Below, one piece after another: positions 19,418 through 29,436 of a stretch of DNA of 64,000 nt. Each line of letters opens with the position of its first letter. Position 1 is the first letter of the stretch. A program made the position numbers and the translations under genes. The stretch is from an uncultured Bdellovibrionales bacterium (lineage in GTDB: Bacteria > Bdellovibrionota_C > UBA2361 > SZUA-149 > CALKYB01): contig CAZECN010000002.1 of the NCBI GenBank assembly GCA_964510575.1, positions 82,314 to 146,313 of the forward strand, in the 5' to 3' direction. The notes under the pieces were generated by a model. That model searched no databases and was not told the origin of the DNA. It was given only the letters and a program-made list of their open reading frames with translations.

Positions 19418-21151
19418 TTACTTCAAGGTTTTATGTTGAAGTGCGATAGCTCCCCTAGCCTTAGCCAACCTAGAAGCGTAAATGCTCGCGAAAAGAATGA
19501 AGATCTGACAAGTCGCTGCTACTCCAATGGTGAAGTTTACACCATACTTATTTGCTAAAGCGGGGACAGCAAGTATTAGGGTTGAAGTCGCTGCGGGAAT
19601 GGTGACCAAAACTACTAGAAGAAGGCTTGCTCCAAATAGTGCCAGAGTGCCCAATCCTGTAGAAAGTTGGTTAGGAGATTCCCAATCAAAGCTTGAAAAA
19701 TAGGCTCCCATTCCAATAGCTAGACCTGTACAGCCAAAAGCCATGCAAGCTCCGGTGAAAGCTGTATTTAGAAGTTCTGTCCAACCCATACCGACAGCCC
19801 AGCCTCCAGTAAGCAGTAAGAAAAGACTTATGAAAAGAGCGAATGGGAACCAACAGTAAAATTTAGATACTAGTAATCCGGTGAGATCTATAGGGCTAGA
19901 TTGGAGTATCCAGAAGGATTTTCCTTCCAAGCTTACACTAGGAAAAATTAGTCTAGTCATTATTGCTGTAAGTAAGAACCCTGTGAATAGAATATTAAAA
20001 CTTCCAAGGGCAGCTTTCCAAAGCTGCCCGGCGACTTCTCCCATTTCCATCGATAGGCACATAAACCTAAAGATAACTAAGTATACACTAGAAATTGCGA
20101 CAAAAAGTAAAAGCTGTAAGCTTTGTGATCGGTCTCTAATTAGGGAGCTAAGGTCTTTTAAAATGATAGAGCGATTTTGTTGGCTAACCGGAAAGAAATT
20201 GAAAAGCATTTCCAACCCTTTTCTGACGAAATCAGATTTTGGCTGAATATCTTCCCCTTCTTGATATTCTCCACTTGAATCAGAAAAAGCTGCCGAACGA
20301 GTTTCAAGAACGGAGGAGTCGAATATTAAATAGCCCAAAGCGAGTGATCCAATGGCAGTGGATAGGAGTAGAGCCCATAAAGTGCTAGCATTTTCTACTG
20401 GGGCTCCTAACATCCCTGCAACTAAATCTGAGCTCCACCTTGAGGGAAGCCAAATTGGATTGGGGTTATCAAACAGAGCAATCAGGCTCATCATGGCTTG
20501 GCCGCCTTGTCCTATCTCTACCCCACTTAGAGAATTGAAAATTGAACTAATCATCCAGGCGCCAACAGCCATGGCAACTATTGCTAGGAAGGTTCCACGT
20601 TTCCAAAACATTGAAGCAAATCTAACAAACAAAGTTCCAAATAATACGGAAATGCCAATTGGAGCTATTATCATCGGAATTGAAGCGGCTAGGACAACAA
20701 ATAGGAAAGTGTATGGAAGATCTAGTGTATTAGAAAAGGCCAAGGAAACAGGGATAGAAAACATCAGCAGCATAGAGCTGGACTCAAACAAAATTTCCCC
20801 AACCTTAGCCAGATAGAGTCGAAAAGAAGAAATCGGCAAGGTTAGCAATAGATCCATATTGCTTGCGCTATAGACGCTCCCAATGACCGCGACGGTGTTT
20901 GAGAAAATTAGAGTTAGGAAAAATAAATAAAAAGTTAGTTCGACGAGCTTTGTTGGTAGGATGGCTAGGTATAGATCGTTGCTTTTTGCTGTTCCTAAAA
21001 TAACTGTCGCCACAAAATAGATGCAGAGAATGATTATGCTAGTCATTAGCAGGAGAATCGAATCTCGTTTTCGATTGTACTCGGCGGACTTCGGACAAGT
21101 AAGCCGGTTCTTAATAGTCAGGTAAAATGGTCGTAGTATCGTTGCCGGCAT
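19418..21151 (-). CDS. large polytopic membrane protein, hypothetical
   Basis: 577 aa and at least 12 hydrophobic segments. No catalytic motif recognised. It is convergent with thrS and divergent from the Rieske-like gene. Confidence 0.4.
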   Translation of the reverse strand: MPATILRPFYLTIKNRLTCPKSAEYNRKRDSILLLMTSIIILCIYFVATVILGTAKSNDLYLAILPTKLVELTFYLFFLTLIFSNTVAVIGSVYSASNMDLLLTLPISSFRLYLAKVGEILFESSSMLLMFSIPVSLAFSNTLDLPYTFLFVVLAASIPMIIAPIGISVLFGTLFVRFASMFWKRGTFLAIVAMAVGAWMISSIFNSLSGVEIGQGGQAMMSLIALFDNPNPIWLPSRWSSDLVAGMLGAPVENASTLWALLLSTAIGSLALGYLIFDSSVLETRSAAFSDSSGEYQEGEDIQPKSDFVRKGLEMLFNFFPVSQQNRSIILKDLSSLIRDRSQSLQLLLFVAISSVYLVIFRFMCLSMEMGEVAGQLWKAALGSFNILFTGFLLTAIMTRLIFPSVSLEGKSFWILQSSPIDLTGLLVSKFYCWFPFALFISLFLLLTGGWAVGMGWTELLNTAFTGACMAFGCTGLAIGMGAYFSSFDWESPNQLSTGLGTLALFGASLLLVVLVTIPAATSTLILAVPALANKYGVNFTIGVAATCQIFILFASIYASRLAKARGAIALQHKTLK

Positions 21152-21344
21152 TATTTTTTAATTGGTCTGAGCTTCGCTCAAAAAATCTTCATAAATCTTA
21201 TTACTTTAGATTGTTTGAGAGGGTCTTTGGGTTCCTATTTGGGGCCTTTGCCCTGAAATTTTATTTAGGGCTGAAACTCTGCCAATTTCAGGTTTCTAAC
21301 AGCCTCGTTCTCTGTTTTACTCTCGATATTAGGGGTAATTAGCT

Positions 21345-21938
21345 ATGTCTGACAAAAAAGATATCAAATCTAAGGGTAGTCTTAAAAACCGACGTCAGTT
21401 TTTAAAGTCGCTCTCTCTTACTTTTCCAAGTGTTCTGTTTATTCGCGGGTTGGTCATTCCTGGATTGCTTATCCCAGGTTTGAGCTCTTGCCAGAATGAA
21501 AGCTACACCCGGCCAGCTAGGCGCTATAGTTTGGGAGAAATACGTAATTATCTTTTTAAGAAAGTTTTTCTTAGAGAAAAACAACTTTTGATAGTGAGAA
21601 GAGATAAAGGTTGGTCAGCCTTGAGTGCGAAGTGCAGTCGTGATGGTTGTGATCTTACTTATCAAGAAAGAACATTTTACTGCCCTTGTTGTTCTTCTCA
21701 TTTTTCTCATCAAGGAAAAGCTCTTCAGGGCCCAGCCAGAAAAAATCTTTCTTGGTATGCAATAAACTCCAAAGGAAACTTGTTTGAAGTAGATACTGGA
21801 AAGCCTGTTTCTTCCTCAAACACTTACACTACGGATGAAATAGAAAAAGTAATTTCAGAGTATGGTTTTGAATTCAAAGAAGTGGATGAAATAGATATGG
21901 AAGCAGTAAAGCTTCCTCAAATCTTTTACGAAGAATAG
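21345..21938 (+). CDS. Tat-signal Rieske-fold-like protein with non-canonical metal ligands
   Basis: 197 aa. Twin-arginine motif NRRQFLKSLS. Boxes CSRDGC and CPCCSSHFS align with Rieske CxHxGC and CPCHGS, but the His positions are substituted (see findings). Confidence 0.5.
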   Translation: MSDKKDIKSKGSLKNRRQFLKSLSLTFPSVLFIRGLVIPGLLIPGLSSCQNESYTRPARRYSLGEIRNYLFKKVFLREKQLLIVRRDKGWSALSAKCSRDGCDLTYQERTFYCPCCSSHFSHQGKALQGPARKNLSWYAINSKGNLFEVDTGKPVSSSNTYTTDEIEKVISEYGFEFKEVDEIDMEAVKLPQIFYEE

Positions 21939-22010
21939 CCGACAATAACTAGTATCTACTAGTATCGGCTTGTTACTGACTTAGTTACTGACAACGTTGA
22001 GGTCGAGATA

Positions 22011-23378
22011 ATGGTCCAAGCAGTAGAAAAATTTCTTGAAAGCATGGTCGGCTATCTTTGGGGACTACCCACAGTGGTGCTGCTAGTAGGGGGAGGAATT
22101 TACTTTACCTTGATGCTTGGTCTTATCCAGATTAGAGGTTTAGGGCATGCCGTAAATGTCGTTAAAGGTAAGTATGATGACCCTAATGATCCAGGTGAAA
22201 TCTCTCATTTTAATGCACTTTGTACGGCGCTTTCTGCCACTGTTGGTCTTGGAAATATTGCAGGTGTAGCGGTTGCCATTAAAATGGGTGGCCCAGGTGC
22301 TACTTTTTGGATGGTGCTGGCAGGGCTCATCGGAATGGCTACAAAGTACAGCGAGTGCACGCTGGCTGTCATGTACAGAGAGGTCGATAGCAATGGCCGG
22401 GTTCTGGGTGGCCCAATGTATTACATTGAAAAAGGATTGGGACCAGCGTTCAAGCCTTTAGCTATGTTCTTTTCAGTTTGTTGTGTATTTGCTGCTTTCG
22501 GTGCAGCTAACATGTTTCAGTCTAATCAGGTGGCAGCGATTATGACTTCTAGCTTTGGTATTGATCCAATTATCACAGGGCTAGTGCTAGCGGTTTTGAC
22601 TGGAGTTGTAATTATCGGTGGCATTAAACGCATCGGCGCAGTTGCGGGTAAGCTAGTTCCTTTGATGGGTCTTAGTTATGTAGTGGCCTGCTTAGCAATT
22701 CTTTTAATGTTTCTTGATGATGTTCCAAATGCCATTGGTCAAATTTTTAGCGGTGCTTTTTCAGGCACTGCCGCTACTGGTGGATTTGCCGGCGCAGTAG
22801 TTGCAGAAGTTTTAAAGCAGGGAGTTCGAAGGGCTGCCTTCTCAAATGAAGCGGGTATAGGTTCTGCCCCTATTGCTCATGCCGCAGCGAAAACAGATGA
22901 AGCTGTTCGCGAGGGCGTGGTTGCTCTACTTGAACCACTGATTGACACGGTTTTGATTTGTACGATGACTGCACTAGTTATTGGAGTTACCGGGGTATGG
23001 ACTGGTCCTCTGACAGGGGTTGAGTTAACAGCAGCAGCTCTGGATGCTGGAGTGCCTGGCCTGGGTAGTTATTTTATCCCGATAGCTGTCAGTCTCTTTG
23101 CTTATTCAACTATGATTAGCTGGTCGTACTATGGGGAGCAGTCGATTAACTATATCTTTGGGGAGAAGGGGATAATTCCTTACAAAATGGTTTTCTGTCT
23201 GGCTATAGTCGTTGGTGCTGTTTGGAAGATTAGCCCAGTGCTCAATTTTTCGGATTCAATGCTGGCACTAATGATAATACCCAATATGTTGGCGATTATT
23301 CTTTTAACTCCCAAGTTAAAAGAGGAAACCAAAAGCTATTTTAAAAAGTTAGATAGCGGTGACTTAGATAGAAGCTAG
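22011..23378 (+). CDS. sodium:alanine (amino acid carrier, AGCS family) symporter
   Basis: 455 aa. N-terminus (VEKFLESMVGYLWGLPTVVLLVGGGIYFT) and TALSATVGLGNIAGVAVAI are characteristic of the AGCS family. Confidence 0.8.
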   Translation: MVQAVEKFLESMVGYLWGLPTVVLLVGGGIYFTLMLGLIQIRGLGHAVNVVKGKYDDPNDPGEISHFNALCTALSATVGLGNIAGVAVAIKMGGPGATFWMVLAGLIGMATKYSECTLAVMYREVDSNGRVLGGPMYYIEKGLGPAFKPLAMFFSVCCVFAAFGAANMFQSNQVAAIMTSSFGIDPIITGLVLAVLTGVVIIGGIKRIGAVAGKLVPLMGLSYVVACLAILLMFLDDVPNAIGQIFSGAFSGTAATGGFAGAVVAEVLKQGVRRAAFSNEAGIGSAPIAHAAAKTDEAVREGVVALLEPLIDTVLICTMTALVIGVTGVWTGPLTGVELTAAALDAGVPGLGSYFIPIAVSLFAYSTMISWSYYGEQSINYIFGEKGIIPYKMVFCLAIVVGAVWKISPVLNFSDSMLALMIIPNMLAIILLTPKLKEETKSYFKKLDSGDLDRS

Positions 23379-23386
23379 ACCCTTGC

Positions 23387-24307
23387 TTAGTCGAGTTTTT
23401 CAGAAGCGCTGGCTGCAGCTTCAGGGTTGCTGACATCAATCCGAGGAATAGTTTTATCTATACGCTTGAGAAGTTTTGAAAGGACACCACCTGCCCCAAA
23501 TTCGATAGCTTGGGTAGGTTGCTCATTCTCAACTAGGTTAACAATTGATTCTGTCCATCGAACACTTCCACAAACTTGGTCTTTAAGATTCTGTCTTATT
23601 TGAGAAGCATCTGTTACGGAAGCTGCGTTAAAGTTGGCGTAAATAGGAAAACTTGCATCCTTAATCTCAATGGCGTCGAGGTCTTTAGCTAGCTTTTCAG
23701 CTGCTGGTTTCATTAAGCTGCAATGGAAAGGTGCACTGACGTTTAGAGGGATTACCTTGGCTCCTTTTTCCGCAATTTGTTTAGAGAATATTTCCACGCC
23801 TTCAAGATCACCGGCAACTACAGTTTGGCCAGGGCAGTTTAGGTTAGCAATTTCACAGACACCTTTTTCAATACTAGAAAGAACTTCGTTAATTTCTTCT
23901 TCCGTAGGCCCCATTATCGCCGCCATTGTACCTTGGCCTTGTGGAACAGCTTCCTGCATATAGCTTCCTCTTTTATGAACTAGTTGCAGGGCATCCTCTA
24001 AGCCTAAGCTTCCTGCGGCAACAAGCGCAGAGTATTCTCCTAAGCTATGTCCGGCAGCAACAGATAAGTTTGGATCCAAGGATCGAAAAGCGACAATGCT
24101 GTTAAGAAGAATAGCTGGTTGAGCATTCTTTGTGAGAGTTAGTTCTTCAGCAGGGCCTTCGAAGCAGAGTTTGGAAAGTGAGAAGCCAAGAGCCTTGTCA
24201 GCGGCTTCGAACAGTGATTTAGCCTGTTCGCTTTGTTCGAAAAAATCTTTACCCATTCCCACTGTCTGGGAACCTTGCCCTGGAAACAGCCCTAGTAACT
24301 TGCTCAT
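23387..24307 (-). CDS. fabD: malonyl-CoA:ACP transacylase
   Basis: 306 aa. FPGQGSQTVGMG and active-site GHSLGEYSALVAAG. No other fab genes are adjacent. Confidence 0.85.
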   Translation of the reverse strand: MSKLLGLFPGQGSQTVGMGKDFFEQSEQAKSLFEAADKALGFSLSKLCFEGPAEELTLTKNAQPAILLNSIVAFRSLDPNLSVAAGHSLGEYSALVAAGSLGLEDALQLVHKRGSYMQEAVPQGQGTMAAIMGPTEEEINEVLSSIEKGVCEIANLNCPGQTVVAGDLEGVEIFSKQIAEKGAKVIPLNVSAPFHCSLMKPAAEKLAKDLDAIEIKDASFPIYANFNAASVTDASQIRQNLKDQVCGSVRWTESIVNLVENEQPTQAIEFGAGGVLSKLLKRIDKTIPRIDVSNPEAAASASEKLD

Positions 24308-24629
24308 ACTTTCTCCTTCTCCAAATCTGATTCGAATCTAGTTTGGAACCCCCCTAACTAGTAATTGGAGAGAATTAGTTCAAGAGCCTAACAAAAACAT
24401 ATTAAATTAGGGGTAAATAACGAAGGGCCTAGAAGCGAAGCCCACTAACTACCTTTAATTACTCAAGTAAATAATTAATAACCTATAAAAATAGTATATA
24501 AATAACTCAAGATGCCGACTAATTTAGTCGATATTTATCTGAGGGAGCCACCAAAGTGAGCGATTTTTCACGGTCATTGGAAATGAACTCGAGGCTTTAG
24601 CTATCAGGAAAATAGCATGGGTTAGTAAA

Positions 24630-25838
24630 GTGGAAACAGATAAAAACAACAATTTTCAGTCTGAGATTTTAGAAAAGAGAAACGACTCCACCGAGCGTTC
24701 TTCATCGCTCGAGGCGAACTCTTTTGGTGAAATTCTTATAGTCGATGATAACCAAGATATTCTTAATTCTATTGGTGGCTTGTTAGAATCAACAGGTTTT
24801 GACGTCAATTGCGCTAGCAGTGCAGTGGAAGCTTTATGTTTACTAGAAAAGATTAAACCTGATCTAATTTTGTCTGACGTGCAAATGGACGGAATTGATG
24901 GCTTTGAGTTCCAGCGCATAGTCAGACAGAACGATGAGCTTCTAAAAGTACCCTTTGTATTTCTAACTGCCCTCTCAGACCCAGTAGAGATCAGAAAAGG
25001 CAAAAGCAGTGGGTGTGATGACTACTTAGTTAAACCTTTTCATACAGATGATTTAATCGCAGTCATAGAAGGTAAGCTTTTTACGGCTAGGAATCGAGAA
25101 TCATTCAATCAGAAAGAAATAAACCAGTATTGCAAAGATCTAATTGAAAGATTGTCACATGAGTTTAGAACACCACTGGTGGCCATAAATACTGGTGCAG
25201 AGCTTCTTCAGATGAAGTTGAAGGCCAAAGGAGATGATGGCCTTGTAAAGATAAGTAAATCAATTGCCAGAGGCGGCAATCGTTTACAGAAGTTAGTTGA
25301 AGATTTTTTGACTATCCAGTCAATACAAAGTGGTCAAGCTCTTGAACTGTTTGAGGAGCACAAGAAAACTGAGAGAATGTCAGATTTACTAGATCGCTCA
25401 GTAAACCACTTACTTGATTTCATCCTACCAGAAGATATTAATGTAGACCTAAATATTGATTCGGCTTTTGATTCGGATCAGTATCAAGTTCAAATCGTCG
25501 AACTTCAATTTAGAGATGTTCTGAGACGGCTAATTGACAATAGTCTTAAATTTGCTGGAATTGAAAACCCGGTAGAAATAAGTCTTGCTTCTGACAGTCA
25601 AACAATATCGATTATGATTAGAGATCATGGTCCTGGCATGAAAGCTAAGGAGTGCCAATTGGCTCAAGATCTCTTCGGTCAGATCAGTAGAGGAGAGAAA
25701 GAGCAACAGGGCTGTGGTCTTGGCATTACTATCTCCACCTGGTTGACTGAAATTAATCAAGGAGAGCTAATTTTTCATATTCCCGACAGTGGCTCTGGGC
25801 TTCTTTTGGAAGTTAGATTCCCTCGTTACGTCCCCTAA
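24630..25838 (+). CDS. cytoplasmic response-regulator receiver fused to histidine kinase (REC-HisKA-HATPase_c)
   Basis: 402 aa with a GTG start. REC domain (ILIVDDNQDIL...LILSDVQMDGIDGFEF), HisKA H-box LSHEFRTPL, ATPase G-boxes (RDHGPGM, GCGLGITI). No TM or sensor domain is present. Confidence 0.75.
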   Translation: METDKNNNFQSEILEKRNDSTERSSSLEANSFGEILIVDDNQDILNSIGGLLESTGFDVNCASSAVEALCLLEKIKPDLILSDVQMDGIDGFEFQRIVRQNDELLKVPFVFLTALSDPVEIRKGKSSGCDDYLVKPFHTDDLIAVIEGKLFTARNRESFNQKEINQYCKDLIERLSHEFRTPLVAINTGAELLQMKLKAKGDDGLVKISKSIARGGNRLQKLVEDFLTIQSIQSGQALELFEEHKKTERMSDLLDRSVNHLLDFILPEDINVDLNIDSAFDSDQYQVQIVELQFRDVLRRLIDNSLKFAGIENPVEISLASDSQTISIMIRDHGPGMKAKECQLAQDLFGQISRGEKEQQGCGLGITISTWLTEINQGELIFHIPDSGSGLLLEVRFPRYVP

Positions 25839-25936
25839 GCTCGATTAATTGACGATTCTCCATTCTTATCCTAAACCCTGAGCAGACTAGGTCACTCATT
25901 TATGTGGCTGTGCAATACTGTTGGGAAGAGATAGTC

Positions 25937-26668
25937 ATGGCGATTAAAGTAATAGTGAACGGGGCCAAAGGCCGGATGGGAGAAATGAGCTCGGCTGCAA
26001 TCAGTGCTGATCCTGAGCTTGAACTGGTTGGTCAAACTGACCTTGGTGATAATTTAAACGACACTATTAAAGATACTGCTGCTGCTGTTGTAGTAGACTT
26101 TACAGTTGCTTCTGCTAGCTTGAAGAACGCAGAGGCGATTGTTGCAGCTGGCGCTCGACCTGTTATCGGGACTAGCGGTTTTACCGAAAGGGAAGTTAGC
26201 AAAGTGTCGTCCCTTTGCGCTGAAGCTGGGATCGGGGGAATAATCGCTCCAAATTTTTCTTTATCTGCAGTTTTAATGATGAAGTTTGCAGCTGATGCGG
26301 CAAAGTATATGCCGGAATGTGAGATTATTGAGTATCATCATACTGCTAAGGAAGACTCTCCGTCAGGGACAGCTCTAAAGACAGCCGAGCTAATTGCTGC
26401 TTCAAGAGTTGAGGCAAGAAAACCTGTTAAAGGTAAAGAAATAATTCCAGGATCTAGAGGAGCGGAGTTAGGTGGAACTAATATTCACGCAGTTAGAATA
26501 CCGGGTGTCATTGCGGATCAAGAAGTAGTCTTTGGCGGGCATGCCCAGAGCCTGACTATTAAAAGTGCTTGTCTTAATCGAGAAGCCTACATGCCGGGGG
26601 TTTGTTACGCCTGTAAAAAAGTAATCGAGCTCGACGATCTGGTTTTTGGTTTAGATAAAATTCTCTGA
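25937..26668 (+). CDS. dapB: 4-hydroxy-tetrahydrodipicolinate reductase
   Basis: MAIKVIVNGAKGRMGE N-terminus, EYHHTAKEDSPSGTA motif (EHHH box). The start is moved from the ORF-track ATG at 25904 to the ATG at 25937, which is preceded by ggaagag. Confidence 0.8.
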   Translation: MAIKVIVNGAKGRMGEMSSAAISADPELELVGQTDLGDNLNDTIKDTAAAVVVDFTVASASLKNAEAIVAAGARPVIGTSGFTEREVSKVSSLCAEAGIGGIIAPNFSLSAVLMMKFAADAAKYMPECEIIEYHHTAKEDSPSGTALKTAELIAASRVEARKPVKGKEIIPGSRGAELGGTNIHAVRIPGVIADQEVVFGGHAQSLTIKSACLNREAYMPGVCYACKKVIELDDLVFGLDKIL

Positions 26669-26874
26669 ACCAGTTCTTACCAGTCGTTATTCCACTTTCT
26701 ATCTAAAAAATTATTTGGCTCTTTGAAGTCTGTTTAGTTATTGAAATTATTGAGAAATTCGAGTTTTTGGCTTGGAGTCTATCCAGAATTCAGACCTTTT
26801 TGGGTCAAGTGTTAGTTTTACGTTAGTTCAGACAAAGGTATGGTCAATATTTGTTTATAGCGTAGGTAACTATA

Positions 26875-27567
26875 ATGAATATATCAAAAAAAACAGGCTT
26901 AATTTTAACGTTAGTAGTAGCTGTCTTTCTAATTGCGAGCGGCTATTTCTTGAATCAAGCAGCTAACAACTACGAAGTTGTCAACAAGGGTCAAATCCTT
27001 GAGCACACCACCGGGTATGTCTATCAAGTTCGTTTCTTCGATAAATACGACATTTTTTTAGAGCCCGAGAATCGGCCGAATAGTGATCTTATTAGTTTTC
27101 TCTTTTTGCTTGGCTCTGGATTTGTCGGGATGGTTTTTTTCTTTGTGCTTGGAACTGGCCGTGCTGTTGTTCGACCTAAGGTCTTGTGGCTGTATTTGGT
27201 TACTTTCCTGGGAATGAACTACTTGGCTTTTGACGAGTTTTTGGGGATACACGAATCGATTGGTCACAATATGCCATTCCTGACCGCTTTACCTTTTGTG
27301 AAGCGTCCGGATGATGCCATTGTGATGCTTTACCTCATCCCATGCGCAATCTTTGCTTTGCTTTTCTACTCTGAATTTTTATCTTGTAAAAAATCTGTTT
27401 TGGCAGGATTCGTGGCCTTTGGGTTAATTGTAGTTGCTGCTATTTCTGATGTCTTTACACTCCCTTTAGAAGAGCCTTTAGAGGTGTTGGCAGGAGTCTG
27501 TATTTTCTGCTCGTTCCTATTTCTCGGGCAGCATCATCTGAACGAAGTGTATGCCCCGTCTTTATAA
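26875..27567 (+). CDS. membrane protein, hypothetical
   Basis: 230 aa, about 6 TM segments. No recognisable family. Confidence 0.4.
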   Translation: MNISKKTGLILTLVVAVFLIASGYFLNQAANNYEVVNKGQILEHTTGYVYQVRFFDKYDIFLEPENRPNSDLISFLFLLGSGFVGMVFFFVLGTGRAVVRPKVLWLYLVTFLGMNYLAFDEFLGIHESIGHNMPFLTALPFVKRPDDAIVMLYLIPCAIFALLFYSEFLSCKKSVLAGFVAFGLIVVAAISDVFTLPLEEPLEVLAGVCIFCSFLFLGQHHLNEVYAPSL

Positions 27568-27687
27568 AATCACGGTTTTTTCTATACCCATAGTAAAAGA
27601 GTATAAGCATTGCCTAGCGCTGTCAGATAACAAGTAAACTGATAAGTATTAAGTTAAGCTTTGCTGTTTTTGGTAATTGCTGCGGAA

Positions 27688-28539
27688 TTAGCCCCGAGAC
27701 GGTAACTGGGCGTTTAGCTTCTTTTTTCTGAAGCTTAAAACGACCGGTGAGCCTATTAATCTTGTCAATCCAAAGGACTGTGCAATAGATTCTAGGAATC
27801 GAGATAACTCAGCTTTCCCAGTTAAAATTCCAAAGATTCTGTGCAGAGCTAAAGGCAGGGTAAGTTGCTTCTTTACTTCTACAAGCTCAAATCCGTTTCT
27901 TTCAAATTCTTCGATTATTTCAGACTGGCTGAATAGCCTATAGGGGCGGGTGTTCTTTTCAATAGCTTTTTTTAAAGCAAAAAACGGACGACCCACCAAA
28001 TTACAACTTAGGTACTCTGGGTATTCTACAATCACTGTGTTGCTTGAAACTCGACATAGCTCATCAATGAATTGTTGCCATTCTTTTAAATGAGCAAGCA
28101 TTCGGATCGAGAGAACTGTGTCGAACTGATTGTCTCTGTGTGGTAAATCTAGCAGGCTACCTTTATTGAATTTTATCTTCTTGTCTTCGATTAGCTCAGA
28201 TAAAAGTTGACTACATTGCTCGGAGCTTCCGGTAACCGAGTAATCCCTTACATGTTGGGAAATCATTGGTGCCAGCTGTGCATGTCCTCCGCCAACATCT
28301 AATACTTTCTTAGAGGCTGCGTTAGTTACTAAATCTAAAATCGTTTTGTTTTGAACAGATAGTAGGAAGTGTCCCACTGGACCACTAAAGCGTGCTGCAT
28401 AATCTTCGGTTGAGCTAGCAATGTCGGGAGCTTGATCAGACTCAAGGGTCTGTTCGTCAACGGCGCCGCGTTCCCAAGAGTTTGTAGTTTCTAGAACTCC
28501 CTCGGGGGTAAGGCCTTCAAGTACTTCTTCACTATCCAT
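27688..28539 (-). CDS. class I SAM-dependent methyltransferase
   Basis: 283 aa. Motif I VLDVGGGHAQLA and a downstream acidic motif. The substrate is unknown. Confidence 0.65.
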   Translation of the reverse strand: MDSEEVLEGLTPEGVLETTNSWERGAVDEQTLESDQAPDIASSTEDYAARFSGPVGHFLLSVQNKTILDLVTNAASKKVLDVGGGHAQLAPMISQHVRDYSVTGSSEQCSQLLSELIEDKKIKFNKGSLLDLPHRDNQFDTVLSIRMLAHLKEWQQFIDELCRVSSNTVIVEYPEYLSCNLVGRPFFALKKAIEKNTRPYRLFSQSEIIEEFERNGFELVEVKKQLTLPLALHRIFGILTGKAELSRFLESIAQSFGLTRLIGSPVVLSFRKKKLNAQLPSRG

Positions 28540-28949
28540 ACTTCAACAACGCTCCTTATACATCCTTCTTAAAACAAACGATGCGGAGAAAGGACTCTAG
28601 TTTATTTGACATTAAACTAAGACTCCTACGCCAACTTCATGCCTATTATACCAAAATATATTTTATATTGGTATTTGCAGTAATCTTTACATTTATCGGC
28701 TGAATTTAGAGATAAGCTTAGAAAAATAGCCTTATTTTAGTCAGTTGCCGGCTTGCTCTAGTTTGCCTAGATTTAGGGAAAAAGGAGCTTTTGGGGGACA
28801 AACTGATAATTGATTTGAAAACGTTGTTTTTTGAGCCGTTTTCGAAGCCTGTGAGCGGTCTGAAACTTGTTCTAAGTGTTGCGATCAATATCTTTTGCAA
28901 ATTTCATTTTGAGAACATAATTCGACTTTCAGGGAATTACTGAAGATAA

Positions 28950-29435
28950 ATGATTTTCAATTTAAGGAGATGTAGCGAGAAAATGAAAAAATCTGGATTT
29001 ATTATACTTGCGATTTGCCTACTTGGATTGGCTTATCTTTTGTTGAGCAAAGGTGACCGAAATCAACTTAATAGCTCTTCAACAGCTTCCTCTAACTCCT
29101 CTTCGGGCGAAGTTAATCAACAGGGTCAAAGTGGATCCAATGAGTCAGCGGTTAATGAAGCTGGGGTAGAATCTTCAGTTGAGCTAACTGAATTGTCTGT
29201 TGATCAAAAAACAGCATTTCAAACAGCCCGCCAAGCAAGTATCAAAGGTAAGTTTAATGTCGCCAGAGAAGAGTTACACACTTTGTTAGTGGAGAAGCCT
29301 GAGCTAGTTAGGCAGGTGATAACAGACAACGGATTTAGAAAATTTCGAGAGACCGACGATTTTAGAAAGCTACTATTAATTCTAGATAAAGATCCTCACC
29401 AAGAATTAGGACTGCCTCCAATTCATTTGGAATAG
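28950..29435 (+). CDS. secreted/membrane-anchored hypothetical protein
   Basis: 161 aa. N-terminal hydrophobic segment FIILAICLLGLAYLLL followed by a Ser-rich low-complexity stretch. Confidence 0.4.
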   Translation: MIFNLRRCSEKMKKSGFIILAICLLGLAYLLLSKGDRNQLNSSSTASSNSSSGEVNQQGQSGSNESAVNEAGVESSVELTELSVDQKTAFQTARQASIKGKFNVAREELHTLLVEKPELVRQVITDNGFRKFRETDDFRKLLLILDKDPHQELGLPPIHLE

Positions 29436-29436
29436 A

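Noticed and set aside
25904-25936. Extended dapB start at the ORF-track ATG (25904, MAVQYCWEEIVMAIKV)
   Set aside because: The DapB N-terminal Rossmann motif begins at MAIKVIVNGAKGRMG. The ATG at 25937 is preceded by a purine-rich RBS-like ggaagag, and the upstream 11 codons look non-coding.
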